Of a DNA stretch of 64,000 bases, positions 32,533-42,004 are shown in pieces. The position numbers and the translations under genes were made by a program. The stretch comes from an uncultured Actinomycetes bacterium (GTDB taxonomy: Bacteria > Actinomycetota > Thermoleophilia > Gaiellales > JAICJC01): the NCBI GenBank assembly GCA_963755675.1, contig CAVWLK010000087.1:14238-78237 (forward strand). Reading direction: 5' to 3'. The first letter of the stretch is position 1, and each line of letters opens with the position of its first letter. The notes under the pieces are model-generated. The model was not told the origin of the DNA. It did not search any database and saw only the letters and a list, made by a program, of their open reading frames with translations.

Positions 32533-33362
32533 CCGGGGATATCGCGGAAGAACGTGAAGTAGAACTGGCGCCACGCCGTCCACCAGTCGTCCGCACGTGA
32601 GAGCAGCGTGCGGCCGTCGGCGATCTCGACCACCGGGTGGTGCCGGTAGCGCTCGATCTCCTCGCTCGTCGTCAGCTCGATCCGGATCTCGCACGGCTTG
32701 CCTGGGTCGTACGGTGGCACCGCCTTCAGGTTGGACAACGCGCTGGTGGCGGCGGCCTCGATCAGCTCACGGGCTCGGATCGGCGAGATGTGGCGGGCGC
32801 TGAATCGGCCCAGCCCCTGCTTCACGGCCACCGTGGTCAGCCCGGTCCCGAGCAACGCCTCCGCCTCGCGACAGCTGGCGCGGTCGCCCGTCACCATCAG
32901 CACGGGGCAGCCCCAGGTGCCGCACAGCGCGGCGTTGATGCCGGTCTCACCGACCAGGGTGCCGTTGAAGGTGAGGTTGCGCCAGCCGGTGCCGGAGACC
33001 GTGTGGTTCATGACCCCGTCCGGCGTGCCGGCCATCGCGTGCATGCCGACGAACAGGGCGGCGTCGCAGCCCTGCTCGAGAAACTCCGTGTACTCGGTCC
33101 ACTCCTGCTGCACGACGAAGTCGCAGCGGGGATCGAGCTGATCGGGGATCAGCGAGTTGAACGTCCAGCCCTTGCCGGCGCCGTGGCAGTCCATTACCAC
33201 CACCTCGGTTGCCCCGGCCGTGTAGGCGCCCCGCACGGCGGCATTGATCTCCTCCGTGTACAGCCGCGAACGGTCGGCGTGCAGCGGCTCGCCGCCGTCG
33301 GTCTCGGCCCACTTGGTGACGCCGGCGACCCCCTCCATGTCGCTGATCACAAAGACGCGCAT
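32529..33362 (-). CDS. dppA: M55 D-aminopeptidase (DppA family)
   Basis: ISDMEG, DCHG, GMHA, HT, GETGINA, VTGD. Confidence 0.85.
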   Translation of the reverse strand: MRVFVISDMEGVAGVTKWAETDGGEPLHADRSRLYTEEINAAVRGAYTAGATEVVVMDCHGAGKGWTFNSLIPDQLDPRCDFVVQQEWTEYTEFLEQGCDAALFVGMHAMAGTPDGVMNHTVSGTGWRNLTFNGTLVGETGINAALCGTWGCPVLMVTGDRASCREAEALLGTGLTTVAVKQGLGRFSARHISPIRARELIEAAATSALSNLKAVPPYDPGKPCEIRIELTTSEEIERYRHHPVVEIADGRTLLSRADDWWTAWRQFYFTFFRDIPG

Positions 33363-33367
33363 CGCAC

Positions 33368-33374
33368 TACCCTA
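33368..33374. promoter_or_regulatory. Bidirectional -10 element for two leaderless divergent genes
   Basis: TACCCTA gives TACCCT (+, 7 nt before GTG 33381) and TAGGGT (-, 6 nt before ATG 33362). Confidence 0.6.
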
Positions 33375-33380
33375 CCGTGG

Positions 33381-33980
33381 GTGGAGGGAGAACTTCTGCG
33401 CGAGGAACTGCTGGCGATGGCGGCCGACGACGGCGCGGTTCGCGAGCGGCTGATCGAGGACGGAAGTCTGTTCGACGGCTACAGCCCGCTGATGGCGATC
33501 GTGCACCGCCGGAACGGCGATCGCCTGGGAGAGATCGTGGACGCTCACGGCTGGCCAGGCGTCTCGCTGGTGCAGGAGGACGGGGCGGCGGCGGCGTGGT
33601 TGCTGCTGAAACATGCCATCGGCGATCCGGCGCTCCAGCGCCGCTGCCTGCCGCTGGTCGAGGCGGCCGCCGCGGCCGGGGAGGTGCCGCCTTGGCAACC
33701 GGCGACGCTGCTCGATGGGATCTGCTTCTACGAGGGTCGGCCGCAGGTCTACGGCAGCGTGTTCGATTGGGATGAGCTGGGCGAGATGGCTCCCTGGCCG
33801 ATCGAGGACGCAGACGGCGTCGACGGCCGCCGCGAGGCAGTCGGGCTTCCGCCCCTGGCAGAGCAGGCCGAGAGCGTTCGCGCGGCCGCCACGGCCGAGG
33901 GCGAGCCCTCACCTGCCGATCCGGCCGCACGCCGACGCGAGGCCGAGGTCTGGGCGCGCTCGGTGGGCTGGCGGGAGTAA
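33381..33980 (+). CDS. DUF6624-like protein
   Basis: ELLAMAADD, HGWPG, AWLLLKHA, PQVYGS, VDGRREAVGL. Confidence 0.75.
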   Translation: MEGELLREELLAMAADDGAVRERLIEDGSLFDGYSPLMAIVHRRNGDRLGEIVDAHGWPGVSLVQEDGAAAAWLLLKHAIGDPALQRRCLPLVEAAAAAGEVPPWQPATLLDGICFYEGRPQVYGSVFDWDELGEMAPWPIEDADGVDGRREAVGLPPLAEQAESVRAAATAEGEPSPADPAARRREAEVWARSVGWRE

Positions 33981-33987
33981 CAGCACC

Positions 33988-34506
33988 TCAGTCCAGGAAC
34001 TGCGTGTAGACCTCGCGCTCGTCGCGGGCGGGAGCGGCCCACTCGCGGTCAGCGAATCCCAGGTGCAGCAGTCCAAGGACGTACTCGTCGGCGCCGATGC
34101 CGAGCGCCTCGCGACCGGCCGGCTCGCGCATCGCCTGCGGCGTCCGCCAATAGGTCGCGATGCCGCGCTCGTGGGCGGCCAGCATCACCGCGTACACGGC
34201 ACACGCCCCGGCGCAGATGTCCTCGGCGTTCTGCAGCTCATCGCCGGTCTGAAGAACCGAGCAGGCGACCAGGGTCGGGGCGCGGTCGAGCTTGGCTGCG
34301 CCGTCCGGAGCGGCTTGCTTTAGCCGGTCGAGTGACGCCGGCCCGAGCACGCGGAACCGCCATGGGTTGGTCAGGTGGTGGTTGGGAGCCCAGCGCGCCA
34401 GCTCCAGCAGCTCGTCCAGCGTCTCCCGTGAAACCGGCTCAGATCGGTAGATCTTATGCGTGCGCCGCGAGCGGATCGCGTCGGCCACGTGGCGGTGGTG
34501 GGCCAT
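33988..34506 (-). CDS. Nitroreductase-family protein
   Basis: IRSRRT, WAPNHHLTNPWRF, MLAAHERGI. Confidence 0.88.
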   Translation of the reverse strand: MAHHRHVADAIRSRRTHKIYRSEPVSRETLDELLELARWAPNHHLTNPWRFRVLGPASLDRLKQAAPDGAAKLDRAPTLVACSVLQTGDELQNAEDICAGACAVYAVMLAAHERGIATYWRTPQAMREPAGREALGIGADEYVLGLLHLGFADREWAAPARDEREVYTQFLD

Positions 34507-34532
34507 GGTCGGGAACTGTAGACTCGCCCGCC

Positions 34533-35639
34533 ATGAAGATTCGCGCAGCCGTGCTGGAGCAGTTCGGACAGCCGCTCGTGGTGCAGGAGGTCGACCTCGC
34601 TGAGCCACGTGCCGGCGAGGTGCTGGTGCGCCTGGTCGCCTGCGGCGTCTGCCATACCGACCTCTACACGGCATCCGGCGCCGATCCGTCGGGTTACGCG
34701 CCGACTGTGCTCGGCCACGAGGGAGCAGGCGTGGTGGAGCGTGTCGGCGAGGGAGTCAGCCTGGTCGCGCCCGGTGACCACGTCGTCACCCTGTTCTCGC
34801 CTCAGTGCGGCACGTGCGTGCACTGCCTCAGCCCCAAGACCAATCTCTGCCTGGCGATCCGGGACATGCAGGGCAAGGGTTTCCTACCGGACGGCACCGC
34901 CCGGCTGTCGCGCGACGGCGAGGCGATCCGTCACTTCATGGGCACCTCGACGTTCGCGGAATACACCGTGATGCCCGAGATCGCGCTGGCGAAGATCTCG
35001 CCGGAGGCCCCGATGGATGGCGCGGCGCTGTTTGCCTGCGGGCTTTCGACCGGCCTCGGCGCGGCCATCAACACGGCCAAGGTGGAGCCGGGGTCGACCT
35101 GCGTCGTGTTCGGCGCAGGCATGGTCGGGCTGGGCGCGGTGGCCGGCTGCCGGCTCCAGGGCGCAGGGCGGATCGTGTGCGTGGACATGTCTGAGCAGCG
35201 GCTCGAGCTGGCCCGTGGACAGGGCGCGACCGACACCATGATCGGCGGCGACGATGCCGTCGAGCGGATCGTCGAGATGACCGGCGGCTTCGGTGCCGAC
35301 TACACGTTCGAGGCAACCGGCAACGTGGCTGTCATGCGCCAGGCGGTTGAGTCGGCGCGCATGGGCTGGGGGCTGTGCACCGTGGCCGGGGTGGCAGGCA
35401 GGGGCGAGACGCTCGACATCGTGCCGCGCTTTCTGATCACGGGCCGGCGGGTGGCGGGCAGCTCCTTCGGCGGAGTCAAGGGCCGCGACGGCGTCCCGCG
35501 CCTGATCGAGCGCTGGCTGGCGGGCGAGATCGACGTCGACCCCTTCCTCTCGCATAGCATCACGCTCGATGAGGTCAACCGCGGCTTTGAGCTGATGGAG
35601 GCACAGGATGGCATCCGAAGCGTGATCGGGTTCGCATGA
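34533..35639 (+). CDS. Zn-dependent class III-like alcohol/formaldehyde dehydrogenase
   Basis: GVCHTD, SGADP, GHEGAG, CxxCxxC...C, FMGTSTF, GAGMVG. Confidence 0.9.
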   Translation: MKIRAAVLEQFGQPLVVQEVDLAEPRAGEVLVRLVACGVCHTDLYTASGADPSGYAPTVLGHEGAGVVERVGEGVSLVAPGDHVVTLFSPQCGTCVHCLSPKTNLCLAIRDMQGKGFLPDGTARLSRDGEAIRHFMGTSTFAEYTVMPEIALAKISPEAPMDGAALFACGLSTGLGAAINTAKVEPGSTCVVFGAGMVGLGAVAGCRLQGAGRIVCVDMSEQRLELARGQGATDTMIGGDDAVERIVEMTGGFGADYTFEATGNVAVMRQAVESARMGWGLCTVAGVAGRGETLDIVPRFLITGRRVAGSSFGGVKGRDGVPRLIERWLAGEIDVDPFLSHSITLDEVNRGFELMEAQDGIRSVIGFA

Positions 35640-36340
35640 TCGTCGCCCGCAGCGAACATCCGCAGTGGACATCCAACGCCTACCTGGTTGCCGACGGGCC
35701 CGGTGGTCACGGCGTGTTGATCGATGGAAACGGCGAGTCTGCCCCGCTTCTCGAGCGCGTGGAGCGCGACGAGATCACCGTCACGCACCAGCTCGTCACG
35801 CACGGTCACGGCGATCACGTGGTCGGCGTCGAAGAGACGGCCGAGCGGTTCGGGGTGCCGTTGCTTCGCTGGCCGGATCTCGGCGACGGCGACGAGGTGA
35901 CGTCCGGCGACCTGCGGATTCGCGCCCTGTACACGCCCGGGCACTGCGACGACCACCTCGCGCTGGAGGTCAGCGGCACGGACGTCTTCACCGCCGACGT
36001 GTTGTTCAAGGGAACGCTGGGCGGCACATCGGGCGGCGGGCCGAACGGTTTCAGCAACATCAAGCACTCGGTGATGGAGCGGCTGATGACGCTCGATCAT
36101 GCGACCCGGGTTCACCCCGGCCACACGCTGCCCACATCGATCGGCGATGAGTGGGAGTCGAACCCCTTCATCCGCATCTGGCGCGGTGTGGACGACGAGG
36201 GCGACAATCCCTGTCTGGTGCGCGGCGAGCCGGCCACGCTGATCCTGTGGGCACCCGACTACGACGGCACCAACAAGGCCTGGGTGCGATTCCCCGACGG
36301 ACGCGACATGATCATCGGCGGCTCGCAGGTGCAGCGCTGA
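35636..36340 (+). CDS. MBL-fold hydrolase (glyoxalase II-like)
   Basis: THGHGDH, TPGH, TAD, PGH. Confidence 0.88.
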   Translation: MIVARSEHPQWTSNAYLVADGPGGHGVLIDGNGESAPLLERVERDEITVTHQLVTHGHGDHVVGVEETAERFGVPLLRWPDLGDGDEVTSGDLRIRALYTPGHCDDHLALEVSGTDVFTADVLFKGTLGGTSGGGPNGFSNIKHSVMERLMTLDHATRVHPGHTLPTSIGDEWESNPFIRIWRGVDDEGDNPCLVRGEPATLILWAPDYDGTNKAWVRFPDGRDMIIGGSQVQR

Positions 36341-36735
36341 TGGGCTGGCGGCTGGAGCAGCTCGCCGAGGTGCCCACCACGGCCGCGCCGGGATTCTGGG
36401 ACGAGTGGGCGCGTGAGCCCGACTACGGCGAAGGCTGGCACTCGATCGGAGATCACCTCGGCATCACGGGATTCGGCATCAACGCCTACCAGGCGGACGC
36501 GGGCCGCGAGCTGATCGTGCCGCACAGTGAGACCGAGTTCGGCGGCCAGGAGGAGCTGTACATCGTCACCTCCGGCCGGGCCCGATTCACCTGCGACGGT
36601 GAGCCGGTCGAGGTAGCCGCCGGCGGCCTGCTGCACATCACGCACGAGGTGTCGCGGGAGGCTGTCGCACTCGAGGACGGCACCGCCGTCATCTGCGTGG
36701 GCGGCGTGCCCGGCAAGCCCTACACGCCCAGCTGA
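36340..36735 (+). CDS. Cupin-domain protein
   Basis: PHSE...QEELYIVTSG; TGATG overlap with the upstream gene. Confidence 0.8.
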   Translation: MGWRLEQLAEVPTTAAPGFWDEWAREPDYGEGWHSIGDHLGITGFGINAYQADAGRELIVPHSETEFGGQEELYIVTSGRARFTCDGEPVEVAAGGLLHITHEVSREAVALEDGTAVICVGGVPGKPYTPS

Positions 36736-36745
36736 ACCGCTGGCT

Positions 36746-37528
36746 CTAAGGCTCGCGGCGCTTGCGCCGGCTCAGCCATGTCGAACCCGAGGGTTCGTCC
36801 TCCTCCTCGGCCATCGTGGCCATTCCGCGCAGCGATGTGAGGTCGAGGCCGGCGGAGCGCGCATCGGGTTCGCGGCCGCCGTTGAGGATGCGGTCGATCT
36901 TGGCAACGCTGCCCTCGTCGATGTCCAGGAAGCGGCAGCCGACGATCGTCTGGCCCGGCACGGAGGCCGGGCGAACCGAGGCCACCCGCACCTCGCCGCG
37001 GATCGAGTCGGCGAAGAACCGGCCGTGGAACAGCAGCCTGTCACCGACCCGCAGCACGCGCGCGGTGGTGAACGAGACACCGGTGCGGGAGAGATCCTCG
37101 AGCGTGCCGTCGACGCGATCGCGGTCGACCACGTCCTGGCAGTTGACAGCCTCCAGCCACGCGATGCCTCCGATCGGAACCCGCTCGGCCACTCGGCGGC
37201 TGTCGTCCACGCCGACCGCCGTCGGATGCATCCGCAGCATCGCCAGGTCGGGCGTGTGGTAGGCAGCGTCATCGACGTGCAACGTCAGCTCCCATGGCCG
37301 GCCGTCGGGGCCGACGATGCGGCCGGTCAGCACCATACCGGTGGCCACCGAAAGCCGCGGGGCGGTCGCCGTCACGTGCTCGCCGTCGACCAGGATCCGG
37401 CGGACGCGCAGCGCTCCGCCACCGGCGAGCTCGAGCTCGACGTCCGATGTGCAAAACAACAGGGACACGGCGTCCACCGGCGAGAGCGGCGACATGCCGC
37501 ATATATCGGTACTCCCGCGCTCTGGCAT
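36746..37528 (-). CDS. PilZ-domain protein (c-di-GMP receptor)
   Basis: RRVAER (RxxxR) and DLSRTG (DxSxxG); start uncertain. Confidence 0.8.
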   Translation of the reverse strand: MPERGSTDICGMSPLSPVDAVSLLFCTSDVELELAGGGALRVRRILVDGEHVTATAPRLSVATGMVLTGRIVGPDGRPWELTLHVDDAAYHTPDLAMLRMHPTAVGVDDSRRVAERVPIGGIAWLEAVNCQDVVDRDRVDGTLEDLSRTGVSFTTARVLRVGDRLLFHGRFFADSIRGEVRVASVRPASVPGQTIVGCRFLDIDEGSVAKIDRILNGGREPDARSAGLDLTSLRGMATMAEEEDEPSGSTWLSRRKRREP

Positions 37529-37546
37529 TAGCGAGGAAGCCTCGAG

Positions 37547-38440
37547 TCAGAGCACCGTTGCGATCACGGCGATCGCGATCGGCAGCACGAACCAGGCCAG
37601 GGCGGTGAGAGCGATGGCGGCTACGGCGATGGTCGAGCTCTCGTCCTCAGGCGGGTTACCACAGTGGCCGATCGTCTCGTAGAGCGCCTCCAGCGACGGC
37701 CGCAGCGCGACCTTGATGCGCCGGTGGGCGAGCCCGGCTCCCTGAAGCAACACCCACGCAAGGCCGGCGAAGACCAGCACCAGCAGCACGCCTCCGCCGA
37801 CGATCGGGATTGGCCCGGCGCCCTTCAGCGCACCGAACCGGCGTGCCACCGATGCCAGCACCGGCACCGCGGCGCCGCCGATCAGTACCGTCGGCAGCGG
37901 GAAGTTCCCACCTTTGTAGCCGAGCGCCAGCCGGTCGGTCTGGATGCGCGCGCGGGCGAGCATGTGTCGTTCGGTGCTGCCCGGCAGGGATTGGCTCTCT
38001 CGACGCGCGTAAAGGCGCGCCAGCGCGCGGACGATGTCCGCCACGTAGCCCCGCACGATCGTACGGGCGACGAACTGGATCGCGTACTCGGCCGCCCCGG
38101 ACAGCGGACCCAGCCGGCGCAGCTTGGGGTGCTTCCAGCCGTCGCGGTCGAGCACCTCGAGCGCGCGCATCGCGAGCCTGTGGCTCTGCTCGAAGCGGTC
38201 GCCGTGGGCGAGCGGCCCGGCGGCTGCTATCTCGCTCAGCAGAGCGGCCTCGGCGCGGTTGTCCACGCCGATCTCGGCGAACGCCCGCTCCGCCGCCTGG
38301 TCGGGATCGCCGCTCAGCAGGCGGAAGGTGGTCGCGAGCTGGTCGGTGACCTCATCCAGGATCAGGTTGTCGTCGTCAGGAGGTGGGGTATCGACCATCG
38401 CGACAACGGTAGCGAGCGCACCGGCCGGGATCGGATCCAC
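37547..38440 (-). CDS. Hypothetical membrane protein
   Basis: 297-aa ORF with three C-terminal TM segments. Confidence 0.7.
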   Translation of the reverse strand: MDPIPAGALATVVAMVDTPPPDDDNLILDEVTDQLATTFRLLSGDPDQAAERAFAEIGVDNRAEAALLSEIAAAGPLAHGDRFEQSHRLAMRALEVLDRDGWKHPKLRRLGPLSGAAEYAIQFVARTIVRGYVADIVRALARLYARRESQSLPGSTERHMLARARIQTDRLALGYKGGNFPLPTVLIGGAAVPVLASVARRFGALKGAGPIPIVGGGVLLVLVFAGLAWVLLQGAGLAHRRIKVALRPSLEALYETIGHCGNPPEDESSTIAVAAIALTALAWFVLPIAIAVIATVL

Positions 38441-38475
38441 TCATCTCCGGCCCGGTCGCTGTCGATCTCTGGAGG

Positions 38476-39468
38476 GTGAGGCGCGTGCTCCCGACCTGGC
38501 TGCTGGTCGTACTCGCCGCGCTGGCCGGCGCGGCCAGTGGCGATGCCCGGCCGGCCCGGCCGCATGTCGAGGCGCACACCACCCAGCCGCTCTGCGGCGC
38601 GCTGGCGGGCCGGCCATCGGCGATCAGCCACGTGATCGTGATCGTGATGGAGAACCACAGCTACGGCGAGCTGATCGGCCCGCCCGGCTCGGCCGCCTCC
38701 ACCCGCGCGCCGTACCTGAACGGCACGCTCAAGCAGCGCTGCGGGCTCGCCACCAATTATTACGCGATCACCCATCCGTCCCTGCCCAACTACATCGCGA
38801 TGGTGTCCGGGTCGACCGGCGGCATCAGCTCGGACTGCACCTCGTGTACGACCTCGGCCAGCAGCCTGTTCGGCCAGCTTCGCCGCAACGGTCGGGGCTG
38901 GAAGGTGTTCGCGGAGTCGATGCCGTCCCACTGCTCATCCACCGGCACCAGCCGCTACGTGAAGCGACACAACCCGCCGACCTACTTTCCCGGCCTCGCG
39001 GCGGACTGTGCCGGCTGGGACGTGCCGATGGGCGGTGCTCCCGGCGGCCGGTTCGCGACCGCGCTCGCCAACGGCTGGCTGTCCGCCTTCACGATGGTCG
39101 TGCCCGACATGTGCAACGACATGCACGACTGCTCGATCGCGACCGGCGACCTGTGGCTGTCGCACTGGATTCCACGCATCGCCGCCACTGCCGACTACAG
39201 GCTGGGGCACACCGCGGTTCTGCTGACGTGGGACGAGGGCGAGGGTGCCGGCTATGCGGGATCGGTCGATTGCCTCGCCCACCTCGCCAACCCGAGTTGC
39301 CATGTACCTGCGCTGGTGCTGTCGGCGACAACCCCCGCCGGGACCCGGTCGGGAGTGCTGTTCTCGCACTACTCGCTGCTTCGAACGACGGAGGCGCTGC
39401 TGGGGATGCCGACGTTCCTGGGCCGGGCGGCGACGGCGGCGAGCATGCGGGGGCCGTTCGACCTCTGA
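38476..39468 (+). CDS. Secreted phosphoesterase/acid phosphatase
   Basis: Signal peptide, VIVMENHS, HPSLPNY, KRHNP, NDMHD, TWDEG, HYSLLRT. Confidence 0.88.
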   Translation: MRRVLPTWLLVVLAALAGAASGDARPARPHVEAHTTQPLCGALAGRPSAISHVIVIVMENHSYGELIGPPGSAASTRAPYLNGTLKQRCGLATNYYAITHPSLPNYIAMVSGSTGGISSDCTSCTTSASSLFGQLRRNGRGWKVFAESMPSHCSSTGTSRYVKRHNPPTYFPGLAADCAGWDVPMGGAPGGRFATALANGWLSAFTMVVPDMCNDMHDCSIATGDLWLSHWIPRIAATADYRLGHTAVLLTWDEGEGAGYAGSVDCLAHLANPSCHVPALVLSATTPAGTRSGVLFSHYSLLRTTEALLGMPTFLGRAATAASMRGPFDL

Positions 39469-39477
39469 TCGCTTCGG

Positions 39478-39687
39478 TCAGCCGCCGAACATTGCCTTGA
39501 TTCTGTCCCACAGGCCCTGCGAAGCGGGGGCCGGCTCGGGTGGGGCAGGCTCAGCGGCCATCGGCGGAGGTGGCGGAGGCGGCGAGGCGGCGGGCGCCGA
39601 GCCCTCGGTCTCCGGCTCTGGCTGCTGCTGGGCGGGTGGGGACTCCGGCTCGCCGGCGGGTGGATTCATGGTGTCGTCGTCTCGCAT
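39478..39687 (-). CDS. Small Pro-rich protein (69 aa) with C-terminal amphipathic helix
   Basis: GAAGGAG RBS before ATG 39687; ends GLWDRIKAMFGG. Confidence 0.6.
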   Translation of the reverse strand: MRDDDTMNPPAGEPESPPAQQQPEPETEGSAPAASPPPPPPPMAAEPAPPEPAPASQGLWDRIKAMFGG

Positions 39688-39766
39688 GCCACGCTCCTTC
39701 GTCGGGTGGGCTCCGAGGCGAGCATACGGCAATATCGGGCGCGATGCGGATAGCGGTACCTCGGAT

Positions 39767-39795
39767 TTGACAGGGTAGTGAGTCTTCACTAACCT
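39767..39795 (+). promoter_or_regulatory. Sigma70 promoter containing a TetR-type operator
   Basis: TTGACA-N17-TAACCT, 6 nt before ATG 39802; palindrome TAGTGA-GTCT-TCACTA at 39776-39791. Confidence 0.85.
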
Positions 39796-39801
39796 GCCCC
39801 G

Positions 39802-40422
39802 ATGGTCGTCGAACCACGCCAGCGCCTCAGCTTCGACGTACGTCGGCAGCTGATCCTCGACGCCGCTCGCGCGGTGTTCGCGCGGCACGGCTTTCACGGC
39901 GCCGGCACGTCCGAGATCGCCCGCCGCGCGGGCTGTTCGGAGCCGATGCTCTACAAGCACTTCGCCTCCAAGCAGGCCCTGTTCGCCGCCGTGCTGGACG
40001 ACGCCACGACCCAACTCAAGGCGCGCATTCACGCCATGCTCGAGGAGTGCGACAGCGAGCTGGAGGGGATCGCGGCGATGGTCGGGAAGCTGGCACACGA
40101 CGACCTGATGATCGAGGTGTCGCGGCTGCGCATGCTCGCGATCACGCTCACCGACGATCCCGAGATCCGCTCCGCTCTCGAGCGCAGCGTGTCCGAGATG
40201 CGAAAGAGGGTCGTGGCCGCAGTAGTCAGCATGCAGGAGCGTGGCCTCGCCCGAAACGACGTGGACGCCGACCAGATCGGGTGGCTGTGGCTGGGATTCG
40301 TCCTCGTCGGCGGCTTCCGGCTGGCCCTCGAGGGCCCGGAGGTCGCCTCCGAGCTGCCCAAGATTCCTCAGACCCTCCTCGCGCTGTTGCGTGATCCAAC
40401 ACCTGGAGATGCGGACCGATGA
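39802..40422 (+). CDS. TetR-family regulator
   Basis: ILDAARAVFARHGF...LYKHFASK. Confidence 0.93.
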   Translation: MVVEPRQRLSFDVRRQLILDAARAVFARHGFHGAGTSEIARRAGCSEPMLYKHFASKQALFAAVLDDATTQLKARIHAMLEECDSELEGIAAMVGKLAHDDLMIEVSRLRMLAITLTDDPEIRSALERSVSEMRKRVVAAVVSMQERGLARNDVDADQIGWLWLGFVLVGGFRLALEGPEVASELPKIPQTLLALLRDPTPGDADR

Positions 40423-41963
40423 CCAACGAACATCCCAACCACAAGTGGTGGACGCTGTTTGCGATGTGCTTCGCGCTGTTCATGATCATGCTCGACAACA
40501 CGGTCGTGAACGTCGCGTTGCCCTCGATCCAGCGCTCGCTCAACATCACGAATCCGGAGAACCTCGAGTGGACGGTGAACGCCTACATCCTGACGTTCGC
40601 GGCCCTGATCCTGCTGGGCGGCAAGCTCGGCGATAGGTTCGGCCGCAAGCGGATCTTCCTGGTCGGCCTGGCGATCTTCACCCTGGCGTCGGCCGCCTGC
40701 GCTCTGGCAACGACCGACAGCCAGCTGATCGCCGCCCGTGCGGTGCAGGGCGTCGGCGGCGCGCTGCTGAACCCGCTGTCACTCTCGATCCTGGTCGCGG
40801 CGTTCCCGCGCAAGCAGGTTCCGACCGCGATCGGCATCTGGGCCGGCATCTCGGGACTTGGTCTCGCGATCGGCCCGCTGCTGGGCGGCTTCCTGGTCGA
40901 GCACGTCTCGTGGTCGGCCGTGTTCTGGATCAACGTGCCGATCGGCGTGATCGCAGCCGGCGTGGCGCTGTGGGCCGTTGTCGAATCGAGCGACACGACC
41001 ACCCGTGCCCTCGATGTGATCGGCGTGGCGCTGATCACGGCCGCGCTGTTCACGCTGACATGGGGGCTGATCAAGACCGGCAGCCACTCCTGGACATCGC
41101 TCTACACGCTCGGCTTCCTGGCCGCCTCGGCCCTGCTGGGCGCCGCCTTCGTCCTTCGCGAAGCGCGCACGGCCGAGCCGATGCTGCCGCTGCGATTCTT
41201 CCGGAATCGCGTGTTCTCGACGTCGAGCGTGGTGGTCGCACTGGTCGGCTTCTCGATGTTCGGCATCTTCTACTTCGTCACGCTGTACTTCCAGAACGTG
41301 CTCGGCTACTCCGCGCTCGAGGCCGGCGTGCGTTCGCTGCCGATGACGATGATGGTGATATTCGTGGCGCCGCTGGCCGGTCGCCTGAGCGGCAAGATCG
41401 GGCCTCGCTATCAGATGACGGTGGGCATGCTGATGATGACCGCCGGCCTGCTCATGCTTTCGCGGCTGGAGGTGGACACGTCGTACAACATGATCTGGCC
41501 CGCATACGTGCTCGCCGGTGCCGGCATCGCGATGACCATGCCCGCCGTGTCCGCTGCCGGCATGGGCGCCATCGAGCAGGCCAAGGCGGGTGTTGCCTCC
41601 GGAGTCATCAACTCGTCGCGCCAGGTTGGTGGTGCGCTCGGCGTGGCCGTGCTTGGCGCCGTTGTCGCAACCCGCGTCGGCAACGTTTGGACGGGCAATC
41701 CGAAGCTGGAGCCGCTGGTGACCGGCGGCCAGGGTTCCAAGATTCATGAGATTGCGCTCAAGGCGGGTGCCTCCGACCAGGTCGCCTCGGCGCTCGAGTC
41801 GCAGGCTCTCCAGTCCTTTGTCCACGGCGTGCAGGGCGCGATGCTGGTCGGTGCCTGCCTCGCCTTCCTGGCCTCGATGACCGCGTTCTTCGGGCTCAAG
41901 CACGCCCCGATCGCAGCACAGCAGCCGAGTGAGGCGCCGGCACAGGTGCCGATCGAGGCGTAG
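40419..41963 (+). CDS. DHA2/EmrB-family MFS efflux pump
   Basis: LDNTVVNVALP, GKLGDRFGRK, WSAVFWINVP; 14 TM segments. Confidence 0.93.
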   Translation: MTNEHPNHKWWTLFAMCFALFMIMLDNTVVNVALPSIQRSLNITNPENLEWTVNAYILTFAALILLGGKLGDRFGRKRIFLVGLAIFTLASAACALATTDSQLIAARAVQGVGGALLNPLSLSILVAAFPRKQVPTAIGIWAGISGLGLAIGPLLGGFLVEHVSWSAVFWINVPIGVIAAGVALWAVVESSDTTTRALDVIGVALITAALFTLTWGLIKTGSHSWTSLYTLGFLAASALLGAAFVLREARTAEPMLPLRFFRNRVFSTSSVVVALVGFSMFGIFYFVTLYFQNVLGYSALEAGVRSLPMTMMVIFVAPLAGRLSGKIGPRYQMTVGMLMMTAGLLMLSRLEVDTSYNMIWPAYVLAGAGIAMTMPAVSAAGMGAIEQAKAGVASGVINSSRQVGGALGVAVLGAVVATRVGNVWTGNPKLEPLVTGGQGSKIHEIALKAGASDQVASALESQALQSFVHGVQGAMLVGACLAFLASMTAFFGLKHAPIAAQQPSEAPAQVPIEA

Positions 41964-41970
41964 CGGAGTC

Positions 41971-42003
41971 GGTCGGGCGTCACCCGCGAGGGGGCGCCCG
42001 GCC
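41971..42003. terminator. Hairpin between convergent genes
   Basis: GGTCGGGCGTC...GGCGCCCGGCC. Confidence 0.5.
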
Positions 42004-42004
42004 G

